DNA from: an uncultured delta proteobacterium
GTDB taxonomy: Bacteria > Desulfobacterota > Binatia > UBA9968
Reading direction: 5' to 3'
NCBI GenBank assembly: GCA_963737905.1
Contig: CAVTUQ010000008.1
Location: forward strand, 199,982-263,981
Length of the DNA: 64,000 nt
Part shown: positions 49,904 to 59,061 of the stretch, one piece after another
How the letters are laid out: each line of letters starts with the position of its first letter
Position numbering within the stretch: position 1 is the stretch's first letter
The notes under the pieces: generated by a model
The model's database searches: none
What the model saw: the letters and a program-made list of their open reading frames with translations, nothing else
What the model was told of the DNA's origin: nothing
Position numbers and translations under genes: made by a program

Positions 49904-50031
49904 TTAACCACGAAGGACGCGAAGACCACGAAGTAAGAAAAATCTAACCGCAAAGGGCGCAAAGGACGCAAAAGATGTATGGCCGGGTTTCGAAGCCGCT
50001 CTACTTCGTGATTCGTGATCTTCGTGGTGAA
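49904..50031. repeat. Nonamer repeats arranged as an inverted element
   Basis: ACCACGAAG-GACGCGAAG-ACCACGAAG ... CTTCGTG-A-TTCGTGAT-CTTCGTGGT, with nested ACCGCAAAG-GGCGCAAAG-GACGCAAA. Confidence 0.75.
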
Positions 50032-50067
50032 CTTCTGAGTCGTGAGCGTCACAGAGAGGGTAGGAAA

Positions 50068-51510
50068 ATGGCATTCATACAGAGTGCGCGACGGCATTGT
50101 CGTCCGTTTAACGATTTGCGGGAATATTTATCTGCGGTGAAAGAGATGGGCCATCTCAAAGTGGTGGAAGGCGCGGATGGGGAGCTGGAGATCGGCGCGC
50201 TGACGGGAATGATTGGGGCGCGCAAGGATTGTCCGGTCTTGTTGTTCGACGCGATCAAAGGTTATCCGCGCGGCATGCGCTTAATGACCAACATGCTCAA
50301 TAACGCCGAGCGGCAGAAGCTGATTCACGGTTGCCCGCCCGAGTTGACTGAAAGCGAAGCCACCCGTTGGTGGAATGCGCAAGTGAAAACCTTTCAGCCA
50401 TTGCCCCCCGTCTTCGTAAACGACGCGCCCGTCAAAGAAAACGTCAAGCAAGGCAAAGACGTCAACCTCAAAGTATTCCCCTGGGTGCGTTGGCACGAGA
50501 AGGATGGCGGACTTTATATGTGCGCCACTTCGACGGTGACGCGGGATTTGGAAAGCGGCTACGTCAATGTCGGCTCCTATCGATTCAAGTTAATCGATGA
50601 GAATACCTGCGTCGGGCACCTTGCCTCGGGCCATCACGGCGACATCATCAGCAAAAAGTATTGGGCCATAGGAAACGGCTGCCCGGTGGCGATCTCACTG
50701 GGACAGGAGCCATCGATTCTCATCGCCGCCGGCGACAATGCCGCGTGGGGTCACTCTGAATACGATTACGCCGGCTGGCTCCGCGGCGCACCCGTAGAAG
50801 TAACCCAAGGTGTTTACACGGACCTGCCGATTCCCGCGACTGCGGAAGCGGTGCTCGAAGGTGAGATTCTTCCGCCGAAGGGGGGCGTCGCCATCGAAGG
50901 GCCGTTCGGCGAAATGGGTGGGTATTATGGCGATGCCAGTCCAGCATCGCTGATCAAAATCCATGCGGTCCTTTACCGCAATGACCCGATCATTATGGGC
51001 TCGCCGCCTTTTCCCAACACGGCACGAAATTTGTTCGGTGCTCGCGGCCTGCGAGTCCGAGCAGAACTTGAGGCTTTGGGTATCCCGGGTATCAAAGGCG
51101 TCCGCTATGGCGGGGGAATCGTGGTTCTCTCGATCGAGCAATCTTTTCCAGGGCACGCGATGCGGGCCGCGCTCGGAGCGTTGGGCGGCACGGGCGGATA
51201 TCACACGCGATTTGTCATTCTAGTGGACGAGGACGTCGATCCCCACAACCTCGGTGAGGTGTTTGAGGCAATGGGCAGCCGCTGTGATCCCGGCACGTCG
51301 GTAGATATTAATCGAAGAATCTGGAGCTCGCGGGTGGATCCGCGGCTGGAGCCGGAGAAGGTCGCAAAAGGGGATTATACGGCATCGGTAGCGATCATCG
51401 ATGCGACTCGTCCCTATCACTGGAAGGAGCACTTCCCCGAAAAGGTCGGCATCTCTGCCGAGTTGCGCCGAGCAATGGAGGAAAAGTGGAAAGAGTTGTT
51501 CAGCGGCTAA
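50068..51510 (+). CDS. UbiD-family decarboxylase 2
   Basis: HEKDGG.Y, NVGSYR, EGPFGEMGGYY, VDEDVDP, RCDP, IDATRPY. Confidence 0.92.
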   Translation: MAFIQSARRHCRPFNDLREYLSAVKEMGHLKVVEGADGELEIGALTGMIGARKDCPVLLFDAIKGYPRGMRLMTNMLNNAERQKLIHGCPPELTESEATRWWNAQVKTFQPLPPVFVNDAPVKENVKQGKDVNLKVFPWVRWHEKDGGLYMCATSTVTRDLESGYVNVGSYRFKLIDENTCVGHLASGHHGDIISKKYWAIGNGCPVAISLGQEPSILIAAGDNAAWGHSEYDYAGWLRGAPVEVTQGVYTDLPIPATAEAVLEGEILPPKGGVAIEGPFGEMGGYYGDASPASLIKIHAVLYRNDPIIMGSPPFPNTARNLFGARGLRVRAELEALGIPGIKGVRYGGGIVVLSIEQSFPGHAMRAALGALGGTGGYHTRFVILVDEDVDPHNLGEVFEAMGSRCDPGTSVDINRRIWSSRVDPRLEPEKVAKGDYTASVAIIDATRPYHWKEHFPEKVGISAELRRAMEEKWKELFSG

Positions 51511-51595
51511 AGTGATCTTGATTAGGTTTCGAGGAAGTGGTGGAGAGGACGGGTAATGGAAAACATTTGGTACGTCATATTGCCATTTGAGAATT

Positions 51596-51618
51596 CCTTC
51601 CCCCTCGACGGGGGAAGG
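51596..51618. repeat. Perfect 9-bp-stem palindrome (REP-like or terminator)
   Basis: CCTTCCCCC-tcgac-GGGGGAAGG. Confidence 0.65.
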
Positions 51619-51705
51619 TCACCGGCAACTTGCCAAGCCGTACGAATCCAACACTAGAAGGTAGGAAAGGCTTTTGGAAATATTCGAGTTTGATAGGAGG
51701 CTTGT

Positions 51706-52687
51706 ATGATATGCCCCTCGCGTTGCGCCATCTTCGCGCTGGTTTTTCTTAGTATAGTTTTCTTGTGGACTCCGGCCGGCTCGCAAACACGCCAATTGAA
51801 AATTTGCGTGCCGGATTATTCGGTCGGAGTGATGCCGTTTTTCATCGCCAAGCAGAACGGCTACTTTGCGCAAGAGCAAATGGACGTCGAAGTGATCGCC
51901 GGGAGAGGTAATCTCTGCACCATGGGGCTCATCGCGGGCTCTTTTCAATTCACTTACTCCCCGAGCACCTTCGACGCGGTGGTTGCCAGCGACGTCAAGG
52001 GGAAGGTGATTTACGTCGCGGAGAAATTCTTGCTGCATCGCTTCATCGTGGCGCCGCAGATCAAGAGATTTGAGGATCTCAAGGGAAAAAAGATCGCGAT
52101 CAGCGCTTTCGGAACGCTCACCGATATGTTGACCAGGGAAATACTCATCGATCGGGGATTAAAGCCGATGCAGGATGTCATGTTACTGCAAACCGGCGGG
52201 ACGCAAGTGAGATTTGCGGCTTTGATGTCGAAGAATGTGCAAGCAGCGCTTTTGCCTTCCCAGCAAGCTTTGGCGGCGATGCAGGAGGGTTATCGGAATC
52301 TGGAGTACGATCCGCCTCCTTATTTGTCTCATCCGTTAATCGCCAAGAATGAATTGTTGAATAACGACAAGGCGCTTGCGCGGTCGCTGCTTCGGGCATT
52401 GCTCAAAGGGCATTTGTTCTTCGGCCAAAGACCGGAGGAAACGCTCAATGTCATCCAGAAAGTATTGCGCATCGACGATCGTAAGGTGGCGCGGGAAACT
52501 TATGAAGATGAGATGCGCCGGTATAATCCTGGCGGCGGATTTGAGCAGACCGCTATGCGAAAGGTGATCGATCGGGCGCGGGAAACGAGAAAAATGGAAC
52601 GCAAAGTGGAGATCCAAGAAGTCTTCGATTTGAGCATGGCAGCGGAAGTGGAGGCCGCAGCTCAAAAAAGCCGGATGGAAACCGTAG
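51706..52687 (+). CDS. NitT/TauT substrate-binding protein; +1 frameshift near 52655 close to the C-terminus
   Basis: Signal peptide, GYFAQEQMDVE, LKGKKIAIS; removing one base gives ...EAQLKKAGWKP* at 52687 instead of read-through to 52770. Confidence 0.82.
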
Positions 52688-52700
52688 CCGACGTTAATTG

Positions 52701-52773
52701 GCATATGGCTGATAGCTTATGGCGTATAGATAAAACCAAGGAACCATACGCTACAGGCCATACGCTCTAAGCC
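52701..52773. repeat. Heptamer-period inverted repeat
   Basis: gcatatggc tgatagc ttatggc ... ccatacg ctacagg ccatacg ct. Confidence 0.6.
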
Positions 52774-52820
52774 GAGTGAAGCCTGTAGACAAAGTTTTTA
52801 AGGACGCTGTCAGGACTATT

Positions 52821-53996
52821 ATGCAAGTTTATTGCTTTCATTTGATGCCATGGGCCTATCTGGCGGAGAACTTTTCTCAGTCGCACAAAACCGCCTGGGT
52901 GACTTGTCCCAACACGCTCTATGATCCCGAGTTGGGTCACCCGCTCTACAACCGTTACTTGGATGAGTTGGAGCTGGCGGATCAGCTAGGCTTCGACGGT
53001 GTTTGCGTCAACGAACATCATCAAACCGCCTACGGCGGGATGCCATCGCCAAACATCATGGCGGCCTGTCTGGCGCGGCGCACAAAGCAAGCGAAGCTAG
53101 TGATTCTCGGCAACGTCTTGCCGCTTTACGATCATCCACAGCGCGTAGCGGAAGAGATCGCTATGCTCGACGTCATTACCAAGGGCCGAGTGATCTCGGG
53201 TATGGTCGTAGGCACCGGCATGGAATATTTCTCTTACAAAATAAATCCAACCTACGCGCGGGAGCGATTTCACGAAGCGCACGATCTGATTATCAAGAGC
53301 TGGACCACCGACGGTCCGTTTAGCTGGGATGGGAGGCACTACCGCTTTCGCTACGTCAACGTTTGGCCGAGAACTTATCAAAAACCTCATCCGCCGATCT
53401 GGATTCCGGGGTCGGGCAGCTCTGAAACCATGGAATGGGTCGCCGAAAAGAAATACACCTATATGGTGCTGCCTACTTTGGCGCCGTTTGAGTTGCGGCG
53501 CCAAGCGGCCGAGTATTTTTCGGCGTGCTGTGAAAAAGCTGGCTACACGGTGCGCCACTCGCAGATCGGTTGGGGCATCGGGATCTATGTCGGCGAGACC
53601 GATGAAGAGGCGCGGCGCGAGTACGAGCCGCATTACTGGTACTACGCGCGTAACCTGTTGAAGACGACGCCGCAACAGGCTTTGCCGCCTGGGCACACGT
53701 CGCTTTCGAGTGTCATGGGCATGATGCAGCGGCGGCTTCAGTCGCGCCCGGGCAACCTTTCTACTTGGGAAGAGGTGGATAAAGCCGGCTACGTCGTGGT
53801 GGGCAGTCCGGAGACTGTCCGCCAGCGACTGGAGGATTATGCCAAGAAAGTGGGTTTCGGCTTGATGATCGCAAACTTCTCGGTCGGTAATGCGCCGCGT
53901 GAATACACGGAGAAGAGCATGAGGCTTTTCGCTGAGAAAGTGATGCCGAAGTTGCGGGGCATCAACGTTGACGGAGGCCATGCGGTGAATGCATGA
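52821..53996 (+). CDS. LLM-class flavin-dependent oxidoreductase
   Basis: GFDGVCVNEHH, P.PN, AEEIAMLD, P...Q.PHPPIW, VGSPETV. Confidence 0.92.
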   Translation: MQVYCFHLMPWAYLAENFSQSHKTAWVTCPNTLYDPELGHPLYNRYLDELELADQLGFDGVCVNEHHQTAYGGMPSPNIMAACLARRTKQAKLVILGNVLPLYDHPQRVAEEIAMLDVITKGRVISGMVVGTGMEYFSYKINPTYARERFHEAHDLIIKSWTTDGPFSWDGRHYRFRYVNVWPRTYQKPHPPIWIPGSGSSETMEWVAEKKYTYMVLPTLAPFELRRQAAEYFSACCEKAGYTVRHSQIGWGIGIYVGETDEEARREYEPHYWYYARNLLKTTPQQALPPGHTSLSSVMGMMQRRLQSRPGNLSTWEEVDKAGYVVVGSPETVRQRLEDYAKKVGFGLMIANFSVGNAPREYTEKSMRLFAEKVMPKLRGINVDGGHAVNA

Positions 53997-54005
53997 TTGT
54001 AGAAA

Positions 54006-54071
54006 TGTCATTCCCGCGGGCGTGATCACCCTCTGCGGCGGCCAGCGAAGTGGGAGAGGGAAGGGTGAGGG
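54006..54071. repeat. REP-like remnants (TGTCATTCCCGCG and GGGAGAGGGAAGGGTGAGGG)
   Basis: Two repeat-family motifs in the intergenic gap. Confidence 0.5.
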
Positions 54072-54090
54072 TAGAGGAAACGCGCGAGAA

Positions 54091-55092
54091 ATGAAGATGT
54101 GCAGAAAAATCTTTCTCTGGTTAGTGCCAATTCTATTGCTGATGACTGCCACCTTCGCCCAGGCACAGCAGCTGAAGAAAGTCCCGCGGATAGGGTATCT
54201 ATCGGCGCAAGAGCCGGCTCGTGAGTCCGCCCGTCGAGAGGCAATTCGGCTAGCTCTTCGCGAGTTTGGCTACATAGAAGGACAGAACATCGCCATCGAG
54301 TACCGATATGCGGAGGGCAAGCGCGATCGGTACCCTGAGCTTGCCGCTGAGCTGGTGCGTCTCGGAGTTGATATCATCGTGGCAGCGGGAGCGGACCCGG
54401 TGGTCCAGGCAGCCAAGAATGTGACCAAGACGATTCCCATTGTTATGGTGGGCCCTGGGCGCGACCCTGTTGAAGCAGGCTTAGTTAAAAGCCTTGCCCG
54501 TCCCGGCGGTAACGTCACCGGAATTACAAACCTTGCCCCAGAACTCGGCGGCAAGCGGCTGGAGCTACTCAAAGAAGCCGTTCCCAAACTTGCCCGTGTC
54601 GCGGTTCTCTACGACCCGGCCGCTCCGGGCACTTCACGCGAGGTGAAAGAGGATCTCCCAGCCGCGGCGCGTGTGCTGGGGTTGACTCTTCGGTCTTGGG
54701 AGGTACGAGCTGCAGGACGATTTCGAGAAGGTATTCGCTGCGCTAAACAAGCAGCGCCCGGATGGACTCTACGTGCCGGGCGGATCGCGCTTAATGGCTG
54801 CTAACCGAAAACGGATCGTGGACTTTGCCTTGAAGAGCCGCTTGCCGTCGATGTACAACAACAGAGAATATGTAGATGCCGGCGGGCTCATGTACTACGG
54901 CGCGGACCTTGCGGACAGTTATCGGCGTGTCGCATATTACGTGGACAGACTCTGAAGGGAGCCAAGCCTGCGGATCTGCCGGTGGAACAGCCAACGAAGT
55001 TTGAGTTTGTGATTGATCTTAAGACGGCGAAGCAAATCGGGGTGACAATCCCACCGGACGTGTTAGCGCGGGCGACCAAAATCATTCGGTGA
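54091..55092 (+). CDS. ABC_sub_bind (DUF534, Trp/Tyr-type) substrate-binding protein, frameshifted near 54715 (+1) and 54950 (-1)
   Basis: [56 protein letters not shown] across three frames; stop at 55092. Confidence 0.85.
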
Positions 55093-55227
55093 AATCAAGT
55101 AACATCGAGAAGGTTCCTGATACCGTTTTCGGCGGCGACTTGTGCGGGTGCCGCCTCGATTATTTGACCAAACTCTTAGAACCAAGTAAGTTTACGCAGG
55201 GGACGTAGACCCGCAGGAGGAGAAAGA

Positions 55228-55422
55228 ATGAGCAAGAATCTAGAAGCGTATTTGCGACTGAATAAAGCACGGTATAAAGACCAATACGTTGTCCTGGTGG
55301 ACGGAAAGCTAGTTGCGAAAGGGAAATCCATAGAGAAAATCTTGAGAAATGTCCGGAAATCTTACCCGACACAAATTGCCCATTGTAGCAAAGTAACAGG
55401 GGATGAGGTGCTTGTTTTGTGA
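55228..55422 (+). CDS. DUF5678-like small protein
   Basis: RYKDQYVVLVDGKLVAKG motif; RBS AGGAGG. Confidence 0.65.
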   Translation: MSKNLEAYLRLNKARYKDQYVVLVDGKLVAKGKSIEKILRNVRKSYPTQIAHCSKVTGDEVLVL

Positions 55423-55851
55423 CTCGTTTTCGCTACCGCCCTGAGCGTTCACCTCGGCACAATATACCGCCCCGTCGCAACCGTCATTGTAGAACATAAA
55501 AAGATTGTTGTTGAATTACCGTTGTACATTGACTCGGGTGCGGATATCTCGATGATCCCTTACCGCTTCGGAAAGGCATTACGGCTCGACCAGAATTCAA
55601 AAGACCGTATTAGAAGGATTAGAGGAATCTCCGGGCGAAGTGTTCGATATCTTATTAAGCGTCTGACTTTTATTTTCGGACGACGCAAAATCTCTGCTAG
55701 AGTCGCGTGGTCAATGACAGAAGAGGTTCCCCTGTTGCTGGGAAGGATGGATGTTTTCGAAAGATTCCGTATCACGTTTGATGAGACAAATGGCGTCGTG
55801 GACTTTCGGAATAACAATAATCAATCCAGACCTCGCTACCTTTGCACATAA
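55419..55851 (+). CDS. Retropepsin-like (clan AA) aspartic protease, frameshift near 55452
   Basis: IYRPVA.V, YIDSGADIS, IRGISG, LLGRMDVF; GTG 55419 overlaps the upstream TGA. Confidence 0.75.
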
Positions 55852-55936
55852 TCTAAGCGTTGTGTCAGATAACACGTGTGAGGCCTTCCGAGACCGCGAA
55901 GCAATGCCTTGGAGTTCAGAGATTTAAGTTCAAACG

Positions 55937-56719
55937 ATGACAAGTCATAAAGAAGAAATCCTCAAAGTTCGAGGACGAAATGTGAGATTGTTTCGTGGCG
56001 GCGAGGGGCCGCCGCTCCTCTTTCTTCATGATACGTTTTGTCCTTCGTGGTTGCCGATACACGAAATCCTAGCCGAGCATTATGAGGTCTTTGTGCCGCT
56101 GCATCCGGGCTGCGCGGGGTCGGAGCATGGCTTTGCTCAGTTTGAAGAAATGGAGGACCTTGTATTTCATTACCTCGATTTCTGCGCAACTCTTCGCCTT
56201 GATCATCCAGTGATGGCTGGCGCGTCTTTTGGCGGTTGGATCGCAGCCGAATGGACGATACGGCACAGCCAAACTTTGCGAGCCTTGATTCTCATCGATG
56301 CGTTGGGATTGCGTGTCCCCGAAGCGCCGACGCCAGACATCCTGAGCCTCGATGCTGCAGCCAGCCGCCAAGCGATCTTTGCTGATCCGTCTTCGGCTCT
56401 GGCATTGCAAGTCATTCCGGACATGCCCAAGCCAGAAGAGATCGTGAGTGTTCTCTTGGCCCGCCAAACCTTGGCGCGCTTCGCCTGGCAGTTCCCCGAC
56501 AATCCGAGGTTGCTGCGATATCTTTATCGCATAGAGGCGCCGAGCTTGATCCTCTGGGGTCAGCACGACGGCTTTGTATCCGCTGCGCATGGACAAGCGT
56601 ACCACGAAGGAATTGGCGGATCGGAATTCAAGATGATTCCAAATGCCGGCCATCTGCCGCATATCGAAGCGCCTGAGGCTTGCGCCGACGTCATGTCGAG
56701 CTTCCTGATCAAGACGTAG
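55937..56719 (+). CDS. Alpha/beta hydrolase
   Basis: GASFGG nucleophile elbow, WGQHD acid, GHLPH His. Confidence 0.88.
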   Translation: MTSHKEEILKVRGRNVRLFRGGEGPPLLFLHDTFCPSWLPIHEILAEHYEVFVPLHPGCAGSEHGFAQFEEMEDLVFHYLDFCATLRLDHPVMAGASFGGWIAAEWTIRHSQTLRALILIDALGLRVPEAPTPDILSLDAAASRQAIFADPSSALALQVIPDMPKPEEIVSVLLARQTLARFAWQFPDNPRLLRYLYRIEAPSLILWGQHDGFVSAAHGQAYHEGIGGSEFKMIPNAGHLPHIEAPEACADVMSSFLIKT

Positions 56720-56805
56720 GTTTGTGTTTTTCCCAGCGTGATTATAGGTATGAAAACAATTGGTTCACGGCGGTATTCCTGCGGCCAACGGAATCGGAGG
56801 TAGCG

Positions 56806-57363
56806 ATGTTCAAAGTCGAAGCCAACCTCAAAGAAATCGCGACCCGTCAGCTCAGCCAGCGTCGCGCGCGGAAAGAAGGCGAGCCGCGGCGGCCGGTGAC
56901 GACGGTGCATTGCAAAGCGCTGCATGGTTTGCAGTTCCGCGCCACGGTGGAGGGGCATAGTTTTATTTCCGACGAGGGTGAAGAAGCCGGCGGACATGGC
57001 GCCGGGCCGGCGCCGCTGAGATATTTTCTCGCCGGCATCATGATGTGTCACCAGGTGTGGTGTGTGAAAAGCTCGGCCGTGTCAGACGTGCAACTCGATC
57101 GGCTCGAAGGCGAAATTTCTGGCTTCGTTGAGGGAGGAGGTGGGGATGCGGGCAAGGAAGTCGAACGCGGATTCGATCTCATAAAGTACACGGTGATGAT
57201 CGAAAGCCCCAATTCGGTGGATGCGATTCAATCGATTGTCGAAGCGGCAACGCGCCGATGTCCGGCTTTCGTTTCGGCGGCACGGAGCATACCCATCGAA
57301 GTAACGATCCTGCACAACGATAAAAATCTGGGGTTAAAAACCTACGACAGGAGAAGTAAGTGA
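56806..57363 (+). CDS. OsmC-like protein
   Basis: SDE....GG.GAGPAPL.YFLAG...C and RRCP, giving the two Cys; RBS GGAGG. Confidence 0.85.
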   Translation: MFKVEANLKEIATRQLSQRRARKEGEPRRPVTTVHCKALHGLQFRATVEGHSFISDEGEEAGGHGAGPAPLRYFLAGIMMCHQVWCVKSSAVSDVQLDRLEGEISGFVEGGGGDAGKEVERGFDLIKYTVMIESPNSVDAIQSIVEAATRRCPAFVSAARSIPIEVTILHNDKNLGLKTYDRRSK

Positions 57364-58772
57364 TTTTTACCGATCTAAGGCATTACATCGCGACATTAGA
57401 AAAACTCGGTCAACTCAAACTCATCGAGGGCGCGAGTTGCGATTTGGAGATCGGTGCGATCACTGAAATGGCCACGTCCCAGCCCAATTCCCCGGCAGTG
57501 CTTTTCGACTCAATAAAGGGGCACAAAAAGGGCTTTCGAATTCTGACCAACTTTCTCGCCCATAAAACGCGCGAACGGATGGTGTACGGTGTTTCGGAGG
57601 ACCTCACTGATTCGGAAGCCGTTCGTTTTTGGAAGAACAAGCTCAAAGAAGTAAAGCTCATCGAGCCGGTTTACGTCGAGAACGGTACCGTCCAACAGAA
57701 CGTGATGGCGGGTGACGACGTCGATCTCACGAAGTTTCCCTGGCCAAGATGGCATCAGCGCGACGGCGGGCCCTATATCTGCGCCACATCAGCCGTCACG
57801 CGGGATCCGGAATCAGGATATATCAACGTCGGTTCCTACCGCTATATGCTGCTGAGTAAGAATACGATGGTGGCCCATATCGGTTCCGGCCATCACGGCG
57901 ACGTGATCCGAAAAAAATATTGGGCCAAGGGTAAATCTTGTCCGGTAGCGATTTCCCTCGGTCAAGAACCCGCGCTTTTCGAAGCATCCGGAACGAATCT
58001 GAGTTGGGGTGTGTCGGAGTACGGATTCGCTGGCTGGATGCGCGGCGCTCCTGTCGAAGTGACCAAGGGAGTTGCCACGGATCTGCCGATTCCGGCAAGC
58101 GCGGAGGTCGTCCTCGAAGGCGAAATGTTGCCACCCGAAGAGGGAATGCAGGTCGAGGGACCCTTCGGCGAAATGTCCGGTTACTACGGGGGCGGCGCGC
58201 GGCCCGCGCCGGTAACCGTGATCAAAAGCGTGCTCCATCGGAACGATCCCATCATTCTTGGCGCGCCGCCGTTTTTGGGGGCGAGCCGCGGGATTCTCTC
58301 TTCACGGGGCATTTTGATTTGGAACGAGCTCGAGGCGTTGGGGATTCCCAATATCATCGGAGTGAATTACTCCTGGGGTATGACGATTATTTCGATCAAG
58401 CAAGCCTATCCCGGTCACGCCATGAGAGCGGCTCATGGTGCCCTCGGGGGGACGGCGGGTTATCATGGGCGGTTCGTCATCGTGGTGGACGACGACATCG
58501 ATCCGTTTAACCTTCACGATGTCATGTGGGCGTTGGCGACGCGCTGTGATCCCGAAACGGCAGTCGACATCTGTCGCCGGATCTGGAGTTACAAGATCGA
58601 TCCGCGTTTGCCAAAACACAAAAAAGAAGCCGCCGATTATACCGGTGCGGTGGCGATTATCGACGCATGCAAGCCTTACCATTGGATCGATGAGTTCCCG
58701 CGCACGACGAAAATCAGTGAAGAACTGCTGAAAGCGACGGAAGAAAAGTGGGGCAAATGTTTTAAAGACTAG
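57360..58772 (+). CDS. UbiD-family decarboxylase 3 (close paralog of 50068-51510)
   Basis: HQRDGGPY, NVGSYR, EGPFGEMSGYY, VDDDIDP, RCDP, IDACKPY. Confidence 0.92.
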   Translation: MIFTDLRHYIATLEKLGQLKLIEGASCDLEIGAITEMATSQPNSPAVLFDSIKGHKKGFRILTNFLAHKTRERMVYGVSEDLTDSEAVRFWKNKLKEVKLIEPVYVENGTVQQNVMAGDDVDLTKFPWPRWHQRDGGPYICATSAVTRDPESGYINVGSYRYMLLSKNTMVAHIGSGHHGDVIRKKYWAKGKSCPVAISLGQEPALFEASGTNLSWGVSEYGFAGWMRGAPVEVTKGVATDLPIPASAEVVLEGEMLPPEEGMQVEGPFGEMSGYYGGGARPAPVTVIKSVLHRNDPIILGAPPFLGASRGILSSRGILIWNELEALGIPNIIGVNYSWGMTIISIKQAYPGHAMRAAHGALGGTAGYHGRFVIVVDDDIDPFNLHDVMWALATRCDPETAVDICRRIWSYKIDPRLPKHKKEAADYTGAVAIIDACKPYHWIDEFPRTTKISEELLKATEEKWGKCFKD

Positions 58773-59061
58773 CGACCTTAAAGAGGCTGTATCCCGGTTT
58801 ATCGCAGACAGCGCCCGAGGAGAGAGCTCTCCGGTCGCGGGCAATGGGCCTCTACCTTGACGCGGCCTGCAAACCCGGGTAGTGGAGCATAGGGTAAAGG
58901 AGAAACGCGAGCTTATGATCAAGCACCTTAGAAGTCGGCTAGCTTTACGCTATCTCTGCCCGCGCTCTTCGAGGCTCACTCCTCGGGCGAAACTTTAGCG
59001 TGATTTTTCTTCGGAGCATGAATATTCGGGGCGAAGCACCCAAGTAACGGCTAACATCAAT

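Noticed and set aside
49904-50031. CRISPR-like array
   Set aside because: 9-bp units with no spacers, and no cas genes.
53097-54152. 351 aa minus-strand ORF
   Set aside because: Shadow of the LLM gene; its N-terminus is translated repeat DNA.
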